DNA of 64,000 bases, taken from contig JAKFCY010000002.1 of the NCBI GenBank assembly GCA_036676395.1, positions 96,001-160,000 on the forward strand, read 5' to 3'. Numbering within the stretch: position 1 is the first letter of the stretch; each line of letters opens with the position of its first letter. This document shows positions 46,812-57,548 of the stretch, piece after piece. The DNA comes from Bdellovibrio sp. GTDB lineage: Bacteria; Bdellovibrionota; Bdellovibrionia; Bdellovibrionales; Bdellovibrionaceae. The position numbers were made by a program, and so were the translations under genes. The notes beneath the pieces were generated by a model. It was not told the origin of the DNA and made no database searches. It saw only the letters and a list, made by a program, of their open reading frames with translations.

Positions 46812-47300
46812 TTACTGAATTGCAATAATGTCGTACTCGAGTGTACGTGCAGGACTTTCAACGACAGCCACATCATCGACATGAAGCCCCAATAAACTTT
46901 CGCCAAGCGGTGAGCTACTTGCCACGACCTGGATATTAAGACCTTCAAATGCCACAGTCATTCCGCCGCCTTTAGGTACGAGAAAGATGTGTAGAGTTTT
47001 ATGACCGTGTGTAGCTTCAATGATCGCAGAAAGCTGAATAGAGTCATCTGAGGTGAGAGTTCTTAATTTCAAAAAATTATACATAGCAAAAATCTCTTCG
47101 ATTTCTGCTAAACGTTTTCCCTGGGCTCCGGCAAGGTAAGAAGCTTCGAGCCCGCGGGTATCGTATTCATTTTCTGGTTTTGATTCTTCGTGAGTCGCAT
47201 CTTCGTAGGTAGCTAAAGCAGCCGCTTTTAATATTTCAAAAGACTCTTGTAAGTCGGCTTTGATTTTTTGAACTAAGGCTGCTTTATCGATTTTTTTCAT
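46812..47300 (-). CDS. GreA/GreB-like protein
   Basis: ATHEESKPENEYDTRGLEASYLA and SSPLGESLLG. Confidence 0.8.
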   Translation of the reverse strand: MKKIDKAALVQKIKADLQESFEILKAAALATYEDATHEESKPENEYDTRGLEASYLAGAQGKRLAEIEEIFAMYNFLKLRTLTSDDSIQLSAIIEATHGHKTLHIFLVPKGGGMTVAFEGLNIQVVASSSPLGESLLGLHVDDVAVVESPARTLEYDIIAIQ

Positions 47301-47318
47301 AGGCCAATTAGACCATAT

Positions 47319-48758
47319 TTAAAAATTATTTTGTACCGCAAAAATTATTAATGATCCTTTTTGATCGGCACTGCTGGAATAACTGCCATTGTTGCCTTTC
47401 ATATTGAAAAGCTGTGTATGGTTTAGCTGTAACTTAAGGTTCTGTTTAGAGTAAAAATAATTCACCCCTACACTGGCTGCCGTGCTCGTTAGCTGGTTTG
47501 CAATATTTGGTTTAAGCGAATCGTAACGAGCGGCTAATTGCCACTGATCAGAAAGCTTGTAACCAGCATCAAGCATATAAGCCGTGCTTCGCACCGAACT
47601 GATATTACCATTAACATATTCTCCGCGCAGGCTAAGATGAGTATTTGCCCAACCTAAATTGACGCCATAGCGGTTTGGATCATAACAGATTGCATCTTTG
47701 CAAAGAGCAAATGCTCCAACAGAAAATCCCCAAGGAAGAGTGGCTTCGATTCGACCTGAATAATCTTTGCGATCATTTTTTTCATCCACATTCGGACCCT
47801 GGCCATTTGACATCACCATGGATGCTTTCATGCTTTCATATTTATACGTAAGCATTGCGCCCGGATCTCTGCGCTCGCCATAGGTTCTTGTTAGCAGTGA
47901 CCTTTCTGCAAACAAAAGATCAGTTGTCGGCTGCATACTTTCTGCAGTCGTCGGCAATTTGAACTGGCCCAGTGTAAGTTCGAGATCAGGTGCTAATTTA
48001 AAAGCAATACCCATATCTTGTAATATTTTATTATCACCAGTGGTGTTAATATCATTGATTGTGGTTTTTGTTGTTCCTGAAGTCACAACAGAAGTTGCAT
48101 TTGTTGACAGACCTTTGGCAAAGTCAGCCACTAAAAACCATCTTGTGTTTTCAGCACTTGAGCCAGTCAATTTAAATTCGGCTCGGCGCACGCGAAAATT
48201 TGTATCTGCGGCAACGGCTGATTTGGTTTGATCTTCTAAATACCAAAATTGAATTAAGGCGTTGTTTTTCCATGTCGGAACAAATGCAGGCTTTACTTCT
48301 ACTGGCACAGGCGGCGGGGGAGTTGCAACAATCTCTGATGCTGCCGAAACGACAGTAGTCGTTGAAACACTCACTGGTGCAGACACGACCGCGATGGCTA
48401 CTGGTTCGACTGATTTTTTTTCTTCTGCCGCGACTGCACGCTCAGTTTTTTTTTCAGAAAACTGAACTTCGCCTGCGACATCCCAAATCGAACTGTTTTT
48501 TCCGACAAAACGTTTTAAGCTTGTTTTGAAAACCCATTTTTCACTTTCAATTGTTGCAGTGGCTTTATCGCCGCTGCAATGAATTGTTGGTTTTTTATTG
48601 GGTGCTGTCATAGCGCAATTTTTTAAACTAAAATCAACACGTAAATTTTTACAGGAATCGCCGGTGGCATAAGCCACCGCACAATTTTTTTGTGGTTTAG
48701 CAGCTACGGGTAAAGCAATCGCTAAGCCTAAGAATGTTAAAGTGATTAGCGATTTCAT
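47319..48758 (-). CDS. Porin (phosphate-selective O/P-like) with an extra N-terminal domain
   Basis: FRVRRAEFKLTG, LGQFKLP, FAERS, RDPGAM, AARYD, GVNYF, C-terminal Phe; signal peptide. Confidence 0.8.
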   Translation of the reverse strand: MKSLITLTFLGLAIALPVAAKPQKNCAVAYATGDSCKNLRVDFSLKNCAMTAPNKKPTIHCSGDKATATIESEKWVFKTSLKRFVGKNSSIWDVAGEVQFSEKKTERAVAAEEKKSVEPVAIAVVSAPVSVSTTTVVSAASEIVATPPPPVPVEVKPAFVPTWKNNALIQFWYLEDQTKSAVAADTNFRVRRAEFKLTGSSAENTRWFLVADFAKGLSTNATSVVTSGTTKTTINDINTTGDNKILQDMGIAFKLAPDLELTLGQFKLPTTAESMQPTTDLLFAERSLLTRTYGERRDPGAMLTYKYESMKASMVMSNGQGPNVDEKNDRKDYSGRIEATLPWGFSVGAFALCKDAICYDPNRYGVNLGWANTHLSLRGEYVNGNISSVRSTAYMLDAGYKLSDQWQLAARYDSLKPNIANQLTSTAASVGVNYFYSKQNLKLQLNHTQLFNMKGNNGSYSSSADQKGSLIIFAVQNNF

Positions 48759-48761
48759 AGT

Positions 48762-50480
48762 TTAGTCATCACCGCTGACTTTTAAGTCATGATATGACGG
48801 TACATCTAGCTTGCTTTTTTTATGTTTAAAGCTAACTACTTTATTTGTTGAAGGCTTAAAATTTTCAGTCTTGCGAGGTGAATAACTTGCATGTGGCGGT
48901 GCTTGTGTACTTAAACCATAGACGATAATTTGCATCTCATTAACTAACGTTGTTAACGATTCAGATTGCGCAGCTAATTCAACCGAAGCTGATGCTGAGT
49001 TTTGTGAAATCGAAGCATTTTGTTGCGTTACAGTGTCCATTTGTGACATAGCTTTCGTGATTTCTTGAATTCCGATAGATTGTTCTTTTGAAGAGCTTGA
49101 AATCTCGATGACCATTGAACTTACATCGGCCGCTTCGGCAACGATTTGCTCTAAAATTTCACCACATTGAGTGGCGATCGTGTGACCACGCTCAACTTTT
49201 TCTTTACCGATTAAAATTAAACCCTCAACACGTTCTTTAGTTTGTACTACGATGTGATTTACTTTTTTGATACTTTCTTCAAGAGTGCTAGAAATTTCTT
49301 GGGCGGCGTTGCCGCTCATTTGTGCCAGATTTCCAACTTCTTCTGCAACCACAGAGAATCCTTTTCCGTGTTCACCAGCGCGCGCTGCTTCAACCGAAGC
49401 ATTGAATGATAATAATTTAGTTTGGAATACGATATCTTTGATGACCGTAGTTTTCGCACCAATATCCATAATGACACGAGTAATTTCAGCGATATTTTTA
49501 TTTGATTCTTCAACCGCGCTCATGATTTGGCTATTACTTTCATTGATATCTGAAATCGCTGTCATCATTTCACTAACAACGCTACGGCCTTTCTGGGCAA
49601 CTTGTTGACTAGTCACTGCTTTATCACGTGATTTTTCAGCGTTGTCTGAATTTTTCGAAACCATCGCCGACAATTCTTCAACCGCTGATGAAGTTTGTTG
49701 AACGGCAGCGGCTTGTTCAGATGAAGAGCTTGATAAGCTTTCACTTGAAGTCGCAATTTCAGTAGCTGCTGAATTTACCTGAGTTGCTCCGTCAACTAGA
49801 TTTTTAGAAACTGAAACTAGTTGGTTTGAAAGACTACGAGCAAATAAAATTCCCATCGTTAAAGATAAGATAAAGCCAAATCCGACTAGTGCCATTGCTA
49901 AAATCGACTGAGCTTTACTAGTTTCTTCTACATCTTTTTTCCATTTAGCAGCTTCAGCCTGATGAAATTTGAAAAGCACTCCGATTTTATCATAAAAATC
50001 GTTGCGAATTTTACTGAAATCACCACGGTATGAGTTAGCGAATTCCATGCGGTCTGCCGGAGAACCTGACATTAAAAGAGGGATAGATTCATCAACTTTC
50101 TTTATCATGCTCTGGTAGCTTTCTATGTAAGTATCATAGAGTTCTTTTTCTCCTTCGGTAAATTCGATGGCCTCATAAGCAGTTCTGGCTGTGGCAAATC
50201 TTTGTTTTTCTTCCTCAAGACGCGCAACTAATCTTTTTTGTTCTTTTTCGTCATTACCGGGCAAAGTCATTTGTGTTAATAAGCGCAAGACTGAAACACC
50301 AGAAAAGCGCATGGTTGCTAGGCTTACAGCGTTGGGAAAATTTACTTTTACGATGTGATTATAATGCTCACTTGTGATTTTGAGGGCGTTTATGCCAACA
50401 GCGCCAACAACTAGAAGTAGAATAGAACTTATCGCAGACATAGCGATTAGTTTTGTTTTCAGACCAAATTTTTGAAACAT
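48762..50480 (-). CDS. Methyl-accepting chemotaxis protein (4HB sensor)
   Basis: Two TM helices and hairpin tip QTKLLSFNASVEAARAGEHGKGFSVVAEEV. Confidence 0.95.
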   Translation of the reverse strand: MFQKFGLKTKLIAMSAISSILLLVVGAVGINALKITSEHYNHIVKVNFPNAVSLATMRFSGVSVLRLLTQMTLPGNDEKEQKRLVARLEEEKQRFATARTAYEAIEFTEGEKELYDTYIESYQSMIKKVDESIPLLMSGSPADRMEFANSYRGDFSKIRNDFYDKIGVLFKFHQAEAAKWKKDVEETSKAQSILAMALVGFGFILSLTMGILFARSLSNQLVSVSKNLVDGATQVNSAATEIATSSESLSSSSSEQAAAVQQTSSAVEELSAMVSKNSDNAEKSRDKAVTSQQVAQKGRSVVSEMMTAISDINESNSQIMSAVEESNKNIAEITRVIMDIGAKTTVIKDIVFQTKLLSFNASVEAARAGEHGKGFSVVAEEVGNLAQMSGNAAQEISSTLEESIKKVNHIVVQTKERVEGLILIGKEKVERGHTIATQCGEILEQIVAEAADVSSMVIEISSSSKEQSIGIQEITKAMSQMDTVTQQNASISQNSASASVELAAQSESLTTLVNEMQIIVYGLSTQAPPHASYSPRKTENFKPSTNKVVSFKHKKSKLDVPSYHDLKVSGDD

Positions 50481-50563
50481 ACGTGCTCCTTTAGAGTTTT
50501 CCTATTAGTATTAGTTATCGGTTAAAATTTTTGTTAAATAGTTAAGAGATTGTGAACCAGAGT

Positions 50564-50956
50564 CTAGGCGGTCTTATTAAAGGCCTCGACCATTTTGACT
50601 TGCAAGGTTTGCATACTAAACGGTTTGACCACATAGGCAGATACGCCGACAGTTAAAGCTTCTAACACCTGAGATTTTTCTGATTCAGCAGTCACTAACA
50701 TAAATGGTAATTTAGCAAAGCGGGTGTCCGTGCGAACTTTTTTTAATAAATCTAAACCTGATCCATTCGGCATATTCCAGTCTGAAATAACTAAACCATA
50801 GTCAGCATCAGGTGCGTTGATGGCTTCCCATCCCTTTACACCGTCTTCACTTTCAGTGATATTTTCAAAACCTAAGTCTTTTAAAGATTTAGCTACAATC
50901 TTTCGCATTGTTTTCATGTCATCGATAATAAGAATCTTAGTACTAGTACTGAACAT
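50564..50956 (-). CDS. cheY: Chemotaxis response regulator CheY
   Basis: ILIIDD, SDWNMP, MLVTAE, YVVKPF. Start set at 50956 after AGGAG. Confidence 0.9.
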   Translation of the reverse strand: MFSTSTKILIIDDMKTMRKIVAKSLKDLGFENITESEDGVKGWEAINAPDADYGLVISDWNMPNGSGLDLLKKVRTDTRFAKLPFMLVTAESEKSQVLEALTVGVSAYVVKPFSMQTLQVKMVEAFNKTA

Positions 50957-50975
50957 TGGTTCTCCTTTAAATACA

Positions 50976-51806
50976 TTATTTTTTTGGATCAAATGATATT
51001 TCGACTCGAAACATACCGAATTGTGTTTTGAACGGTAGCATGATCACTTTTTGGTATGTCGTCTGACGAATTTTAATTTTTTCGCCAGATAGAATTGTTG
51101 GCAGAGCCGACTCCAACTTAAAACCGCATTGTTCATTGAGTTTTGTTTTAGCGCTGCCATAAATAATATTTAATAATTCACCGGCAGCGTCTTCGATTTC
51201 TTCATTAATTTTATCAACGACTTCGCCAAACATTGCTTCATAGATTTTAAGAAATACAACCTCTGGGAATGCCAAAGTGATCGAGCCGTTAAATTGTTCA
51301 GTCGTTAAAGAAATGACTCCCGCAATTGAAATATCATCAGATCTGGATTTTTCGTCGATATGAATAAGCTGCGGCTTTTGCGCTTCGCATTTGGTGTTAG
51401 CCATTTGTTCGAGTGTTATCAATGTGGCTTCTAAAAATGGATTAATCATTTGCACATCAAGACCAGGTTTTTTTTGGCTTACTTTAGGCAGATAACTTTC
51501 TAGATCGGCACTTACATTTAAGGCGTCAGATATGCCTGCTAATTTGAATTGTTGGCCTAATTCTAAACTTAGATTATGACTTACAATTTGTTTTCCGGAT
51601 TTGCGCATATGTTGTGATACTGTTATCAGGGCACGGTATGTCGATTGTTTGCAATGAGTCGTCTTTTGAAAATTAAAGGCGTACAGTTCAATCGTCGTCA
51701 CGGCTAGCCAGTCTTTGGCATTAACTAATAATAGATCAGAAAATTCGCTATCCAGAGTTTCTGGAAGTTCGATAGTCATGACCGGACCATTTGTCAAAAT
51801 ATTCAT
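50976..51806 (-). CDS. cheX: CheX phosphatase with N-terminal STAS-like domain
   Basis: INPFLEAT, IAGVISL, DAAGELLNIIYG, LPTILSG; N-terminal ~100 aa resemble STAS. Confidence 0.82.
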   Translation of the reverse strand: MNILTNGPVMTIELPETLDSEFSDLLLVNAKDWLAVTTIELYAFNFQKTTHCKQSTYRALITVSQHMRKSGKQIVSHNLSLELGQQFKLAGISDALNVSADLESYLPKVSQKKPGLDVQMINPFLEATLITLEQMANTKCEAQKPQLIHIDEKSRSDDISIAGVISLTTEQFNGSITLAFPEVVFLKIYEAMFGEVVDKINEEIEDAAGELLNIIYGSAKTKLNEQCGFKLESALPTILSGEKIKIRQTTYQKVIMLPFKTQFGMFRVEISFDPKK

Positions 51807-51951
51807 TTTACATGCGCCTCGAAGGTTTCATAATTTTCAATAACACTTCGGTTACTATTTATTTATAGAATCAAAGATCTTTTCCTAAGTTGCTGAAAAC
51901 AGGGGTAAAATCTAAATTATTAAGAAATTGTGAACTTAAAATATTAAATGA

Positions 51952-53619
51952 ATGTTAAAGAAGGACTGGGGCTGTTTAACTTTTACGAAGACCCGTCGAT
52001 CAAGTACATATATGTATGACAATGAAATAAAAATTGGGTTTCTGGAAGAAGGCGAACAAGTCATTGAAGAAATGGAGACATTGCTTCTTGATCTTGAACA
52101 CACTGCTGATAAAAAAGAAACATTCGACGGTATTTTTCGCGCAGTTCACAATGTAAAAGGCAGCGCTAAGGCTGTCGGCTTTGATCAACTGGGTGCTTAC
52201 TGCCATGATTTAGAAACTTATCTATTAGTTTATAAAAACGGTGAAAAACCATTAACAAAAGATGTGATTAACTATTTGTTGAATTCACGTGATGTTATTG
52301 CTGCGGCTTTTGCGACCTATAAAAAAGATTTAAACGCTGTTTTTGATTTTAATGTCGGTTCTGACAACGATGAATGCAGCGATGAAGAAAATTCGCACAT
52401 TGAAATGAATACGACAGGGCTCGTTGTTGCTAAAAAAGCTACGAATAGCAATGACACTTCAGTGCGTGTAAATTTGCAACGTGTTGATAAATTAATTAAT
52501 GCAGTTGGTGAACTGGTGGTGCTGGATTCAGTCTTACGCCAACAATGTCTGAGCTCGATGGATCAAGCTATTTTAAAAACTGTTGAACAGGCCGGAAAAA
52601 TTATCAGAGAAGTTCAGGATTTATCTATGAGCTTGCGCATGGTGCCTGTGAAACCACTTGTGCAAAAATTGCAACGCATCAGCCGTGATACTTCATCATC
52701 TGTAGAGAAAAGTGTCGATTTTCGCGTTGTTGGGGAAGATATCGAAATTGATAAAACTATTCTAGATAGTATCAGTGATCCATTGGTTCATATTATCAGA
52801 AATGCAATTGATCACGGTATCGAAGCGCCCGAAGAACGTGTCGTACAGGGAAAACCCGCAGCCGGCTTTTTAGAATTAAGTTTTTCGCAAGAAGGTGGAA
52901 AACTGGTTTTGCGTATTAAAGATGATGGTAAAGGTTTAGATCAACAGCGCATCATCGCCAAAGCCATTGAAAAAGATATTATCACTAGTGGTGATAATAT
53001 GAATGAATCACAAATTTTTGAACTTATTTTTGCGCCTGGATTTTCTACCAAAGCGGCTGTAACAGAAGTTTCAGGTCGTGGCGTTGGTATGGATGTGGTT
53101 CGTACCAGTGTTGAATCATTAGGCGGGCAAATTGAAATCACTTCAGAATTACACAAAGGCACAGAGTTTACGATTGCGTTACCGTTAACGGTAGCCATTA
53201 TCGAAGGTATGGTGGTTAAAACCACTCAAGATAATTTTATTATTCCATTTACGCAAGTTACTGAAACCGTAAAAATCACTGATGAAAATTTAACAAAGGG
53301 TTCTGAATCAGGAACTTTATTAAACCTGCGCGGTCGCTATTTGCCAGTTTATTCATTACGTGAACTATTAGGTGATAAAAAAACTGATAAAAAAAATGGT
53401 ATTGGCATTATCGCCAAATCGGCACGAGTTAATTTTGTTGTCTTAGTTGATGATGTGGTTGGCCAGCAACAGATTGTTGTGAAGCAGTTAGGTGCAGAGC
53501 TTTCAGGGTTTAAACGTTTTATCGGAAGTGGTGTCTTGGGCGATGGCAAACCAGCTTTAATTTTAGATTTAGCCCAATTAGCAGATGAAGAATTAAAAAG
53601 AGTAAAGGATGTCGGATGA
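51952..53619 (+). CDS. cheA: Chemotaxis histidine kinase CheA (likely start 52012)
   Basis: FRAVHNVKG (Hpt), LVHIIRNAIDHGIE, DDGKG, FAPGFST, SGRGVGMDVV, C-terminal CheW domain. Confidence 0.96.
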   Translation: MLKKDWGCLTFTKTRRSSTYMYDNEIKIGFLEEGEQVIEEMETLLLDLEHTADKKETFDGIFRAVHNVKGSAKAVGFDQLGAYCHDLETYLLVYKNGEKPLTKDVINYLLNSRDVIAAAFATYKKDLNAVFDFNVGSDNDECSDEENSHIEMNTTGLVVAKKATNSNDTSVRVNLQRVDKLINAVGELVVLDSVLRQQCLSSMDQAILKTVEQAGKIIREVQDLSMSLRMVPVKPLVQKLQRISRDTSSSVEKSVDFRVVGEDIEIDKTILDSISDPLVHIIRNAIDHGIEAPEERVVQGKPAAGFLELSFSQEGGKLVLRIKDDGKGLDQQRIIAKAIEKDIITSGDNMNESQIFELIFAPGFSTKAAVTEVSGRGVGMDVVRTSVESLGGQIEITSELHKGTEFTIALPLTVAIIEGMVVKTTQDNFIIPFTQVTETVKITDENLTKGSESGTLLNLRGRYLPVYSLRELLGDKKTDKKNGIGIIAKSARVNFVVLVDDVVGQQQIVVKQLGAELSGFKRFIGSGVLGDGKPALILDLAQLADEELKRVKDVG

Positions 53620-54068
53620 AAATCACACAAAAGTTTTTAAGTTTTATAGTCGGAGCCGAAAGTTTTGCAGTCCCTTTGTTAAAGGTGCGCGAAGTAATCG
53701 GAATGCCAGAAGTTACTGCGATACCACAAGCCCCTGCACATGTGGTGGGAATCATTAATTTACGCGGGCAAATTATTACAATATTTGATCTGCGCTCGCG
53801 CTTGAATTCAAGCACGAAGGGTGAACAACCTACGGTCATTATTTGCGAAATGCCCTTTGGGCAAATGGGTATCATTGTTGATATGGTATCAAGCGTACTT
53901 TCAGCCGATTCAGAACAAATTTCTGAAGTTCCACCTGGATCGCGTGCGGCAAATCATGATTTTATCACTAGCATTTATTCAAATGAAGATGTGCTAATTT
54001 TAATGTTAGATGTTGAAAAAGTGATCGGCCGCGATATGAGAGTAGCTCAAGCAACGAGTGCCGCTTAA
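53616..54068 (+). CDS. cheW: Chemotaxis coupling protein CheW
   Basis: VREVI...IPQAPAHVVGIINLRGQII, GIIVD. Confidence 0.95.
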   Translation: MKITQKFLSFIVGAESFAVPLLKVREVIGMPEVTAIPQAPAHVVGIINLRGQIITIFDLRSRLNSSTKGEQPTVIICEMPFGQMGIIVDMVSSVLSADSEQISEVPPGSRAANHDFITSIYSNEDVLILMLDVEKVIGRDMRVAQATSAA

Positions 54069-55771
54069 TGAAAAATAACATGTCAGCGATCATGTCTTTA
54101 GCCTCAGAGGTTTCAGAGGTTTCTGGCGTTCAGCTGGGTGAAAAGCAGCAAGACATGGTGATTCAGCGTTTACGCCGGCGCATGACGTTGTTAGGCTTAA
54201 AATCAGAAGCTGAATATATCGATTATTACCGAAAAAACCGCACCGAAGAATTTCGCGAGCTGATTTCGTTGTTTACAACGCATCATACGTATTTTTTTCG
54301 CGAATTTAAACATTTTGAAATTTTGCGGCAGCACACTTTGCCGCAGTTGATTCCCTTAGTGCGCAAACGTGCTGATAAAACGATTCATTTATGGTCGGCA
54401 GCCTGTAGTCGCGGCCACGAAGTTTATTCGTTAGCTATTTTTTTAGAACAGTGTTTAAAAGATTTAGCACCAGATCTGAATTTTCGCCTGCATGGAACAG
54501 ATATCGACGCCATTTCAGTCGAATTTGCCAAAAATGGAGTATTCACTAAAAAAGAAGTGGATACTATTCCGCTGGCCTACCAGACCGGAACTTTTATTCG
54601 TGGTCGTGGTGAATATGCTGATTTTACCCGTGTACATCAGCGTTTACATGAACGCTGTTCATTTGACGTCGCTAATTTAGTTGATGTTAAAACTTGGCCT
54701 AAGCAAAACTTTGATATTATTTTTTGTCGCAATGTTTTTATTTATTTTTCGGCCAGCGATATGGAAAAAACCGCCCGAAATTTTCAAAAAAGATTAAACG
54801 ATAGTGGATATTTATTTTTAGGACTGACTGAAACTCTGAACGGGTTAGATGTAAAATTAAAAAATGCAGGGCCATCGGTTTATATGCAAGCTAAAGAAAA
54901 AGCTTCGCCATTAGCGTTGGTGCCAAATCAACCAGTCATGCAAGCTCAGCCGACAGTGCAAATCAAACAGCAACCTTTAATACGCAGGGTTTTATGCGTG
55001 GATGATTCACCCACGATTTTAAGTTTACTAAAACAAACCTTTACCCGTGCCGATGGATTTGAAGTGGCCGATACAGCAAATAATGGTAAAGAAGCTTTAG
55101 ATAAAATTGCAAAAAATAAATATGACCTGATTACTTTAGATATTCATATGCCGATTATGAACGGTTTAGAGTTTTTAAAAAATAGCCAAAATCTAAATCG
55201 CCCGCCGGTGATAGTGATTAGTTCAGTCGATAGACAAGAGCAATCATTAGCTTTAGAAGCCCTGCGTTTAGGAGCGAAAGACTATGTTGAAAAACCAAGT
55301 CTTAAAACTTTTGATGCAAGTCGTGAAGAGATTTTATTTAAAGCGCGCACACTGGCAGTGGATAATAAAGTCAGCGATTTTAACAATTCATTAGATAAAA
55401 CTTTTGGTGGAAAAGAAATAGCAGCCAATGCCTATGGTCAAATTGCAGTTTTACATACTCCGCTAGATTTAGCTCGCGCTAAAAACTATCAAGCCAGCTG
55501 TACCACTCCGGCTCTTAAAAATACATTGCTGGAATTTCAGGGATTTATGCTGCCATTTGAAATAAAATCCTGTGACGCTGTTGTCATCTTAAGTGAGTTT
55601 CCAGTGCATGTCTTAGAGCAGGTTAAAAAATTAGGTAAAAAAGTTTATTTATTAGAAGATGCCTATCGGCAGTTAAAACCTCAATTGATCAAAGATTTTG
55701 AGTTGTATCCACTGGCCAGTCTTAGTTACGCCGTAAGCCGGTTTGTAAGAGAGCAAAATGATAAAAAGTAA
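54068..55771 (+). CDS. cheR: CheR methyltransferase fused to a receiver domain
   Basis: TTHHTYFFRE, WSAACSRGHEVYS, GTDID, FDIIFCRNVFIYF; then REC (VDDS, LDIHMP, DYVEKP). Confidence 0.9.
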   Translation: MKNNMSAIMSLASEVSEVSGVQLGEKQQDMVIQRLRRRMTLLGLKSEAEYIDYYRKNRTEEFRELISLFTTHHTYFFREFKHFEILRQHTLPQLIPLVRKRADKTIHLWSAACSRGHEVYSLAIFLEQCLKDLAPDLNFRLHGTDIDAISVEFAKNGVFTKKEVDTIPLAYQTGTFIRGRGEYADFTRVHQRLHERCSFDVANLVDVKTWPKQNFDIIFCRNVFIYFSASDMEKTARNFQKRLNDSGYLFLGLTETLNGLDVKLKNAGPSVYMQAKEKASPLALVPNQPVMQAQPTVQIKQQPLIRRVLCVDDSPTILSLLKQTFTRADGFEVADTANNGKEALDKIAKNKYDLITLDIHMPIMNGLEFLKNSQNLNRPPVIVISSVDRQEQSLALEALRLGAKDYVEKPSLKTFDASREEILFKARTLAVDNKVSDFNNSLDKTFGGKEIAANAYGQIAVLHTPLDLARAKNYQASCTTPALKNTLLEFQGFMLPFEIKSCDAVVILSEFPVHVLEQVKKLGKKVYLLEDAYRQLKPQLIKDFELYPLASLSYAVSRFVREQNDKK

Positions 55772-56807
55772 AATCAGAACTTTGATTGTCGATGATTCTG
55801 TAACGATTCGAAAAGTGATTCGTCATTTATTAGAATCAGATGCGCGTTTTGAAGTTGTTGGTGAAGCTGCCACACCCAGTGAAGCACTTAAAGAAATCCG
55901 CTTGCGTAATATTGATTTAATCACGATGGATTTACATTTACCGCAAAAAACCGGTGCCGATCTTATTAAGGAATATATGGCGATTCGTCCGATTCCCACG
56001 GTAGTGATTAGTTCACTCAGACCCGAAGAATCACATTTAGTTTTAGAAAGTCTAGAAAATGGAGCTGTTGATTACATTCAAAAGCCCGATCAAAAAACAA
56101 TTCTAGCTAACCGGGTTGAAATATTAGATCGCTTATTTCAAGCTGCCCAAGCAAAGCTAGTGATTAATAATAAACACACAAAACAAGAATCGCTTTTGTC
56201 ACAGACTGGCAATGGACTTTTAGTTATCGGTGCCTCGACTGGTGGAACCGAAGCAATTAAAACTTTACTAGCCCAGTTGGGATCAAAAATTCCTCCAACG
56301 CTTATTGTGCAACATATCCCGCCCTTCTTCAGTGAAGCGTTTGCAACGCGCTTAAATAAACTTTTTCCTTTCGAGGTTAAAGAAGCCAAAAATGGGGATA
56401 AAGTTCAGGAAAACCGTGCGCTGATTGCTCCTGGTGGCATGCAGATGAAGCTGGCCAAAAAAGGCCAAGATTTTTTTGTCGTTATCGAAGATAGCCCTCC
56501 GGTGAATCGTCATAAACCTTCGGTAGATTTTTTATTTGATTCAGTTAAGCGTGAATATGCCGGCCCCAAAGTTGCGGTGTTACTTACGGGTATGGGTGCG
56601 GATGGTGCAGAAGGAATGTTGAAGCTCAGATCGGTAGGCACTTACACCATTGCGCAGGACGAACAAACTTGTGTTGTGTTCGGAATGCCGCGCGAAGCAA
56701 TTAAACGAAATGCTGCAATAAAGGTGTGTGGTCTGCATGAAATGGGAACCGCTATTCACAATGCTTTTACGAGTTTACTGAGTCCAAAAAAAGGCCAGGC
56801 AAGTTGA
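55758..56807 (+). CDS. cheB: Chemotaxis methylesterase CheB
   Basis: REC plus IGASTGG, VQHIP, HKPSVD, LTGMGADGA, VFGMP. Confidence 0.96.
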   Translation: MIKSKIRTLIVDDSVTIRKVIRHLLESDARFEVVGEAATPSEALKEIRLRNIDLITMDLHLPQKTGADLIKEYMAIRPIPTVVISSLRPEESHLVLESLENGAVDYIQKPDQKTILANRVEILDRLFQAAQAKLVINNKHTKQESLLSQTGNGLLVIGASTGGTEAIKTLLAQLGSKIPPTLIVQHIPPFFSEAFATRLNKLFPFEVKEAKNGDKVQENRALIAPGGMQMKLAKKGQDFFVVIEDSPPVNRHKPSVDFLFDSVKREYAGPKVAVLLTGMGADGAEGMLKLRSVGTYTIAQDEQTCVVFGMPREAIKRNAAIKVCGLHEMGTAIHNAFTSLLSPKKGQAS

Positions 56808-56840
56808 CCAAATTTAGAAAGCTTCACATAATTAGTCTCA

Positions 56841-57548
56841 ATGAATAAAAAAAAGCTTTTAATATTAGACGACGATATCAGAATCTGTGAAGTTTTAGCG
56901 CAAGGGTTAAGTGGTGAATTCGAAATCACAACAACTCATGATGCTGACATCGCCTATCGTATTATTACAAAAAATTCGCCAGATATTATATTACTCGATA
57001 TTCATTTAGGTACTGGCTGTGGTATCAGTCTGTGTAAAAAACTTAGAGCTAACCAGCTTATTAAAAATATTCCAATTTTGATTATGACTGGGCATGGAAC
57101 CACAGATAAAATGTTACAATCATTTGACGTCGGTGCTGATGATTACATTGAAAAGCCAGTTGATCTGGTCGTTATTAAAGCCAGATTGAATGCGCGCTTA
57201 AGACGGGTGCAAGAGCTTTCACACACAGGGGTGTGTTTTGGTAATTTAAAACTATACTCTGAGCGTTTTGAAATTGAGCTGGATGGTCGCTGTGAACGTT
57301 TAAGCGAAATAGAATTTAACATGCTTAAAATTTTTCTATCGAATCCTAATAAAAAAATATCACGTATGGATATTTTAAAAACAATTTGGGATGATACGCG
57401 CGTAGAAGAGCGCACGGTTGACGTGCACATCAGTTCGTTGCGCCGTAAATTAAAAGACTTCAATCATCATATTAAAGCTTTGTACGGCAGTGGTTATATT
57501 CTGCGCCCCAGCGAAAAAAAAAGCCTATTTAAATCTTTTGAAGCGTAG
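56841..57548 (+). CDS. OmpR-family response regulator
   Basis: LDDD, LLDIHL, GADDYIEKP, RTVDVHISSLRRKL, GSGY. Confidence 0.92.
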   Translation: MNKKKLLILDDDIRICEVLAQGLSGEFEITTTHDADIAYRIITKNSPDIILLDIHLGTGCGISLCKKLRANQLIKNIPILIMTGHGTTDKMLQSFDVGADDYIEKPVDLVVIKARLNARLRRVQELSHTGVCFGNLKLYSERFEIELDGRCERLSEIEFNMLKIFLSNPNKKISRMDILKTIWDDTRVEERTVDVHISSLRRKLKDFNHHIKALYGSGYILRPSEKKSLFKSFEA

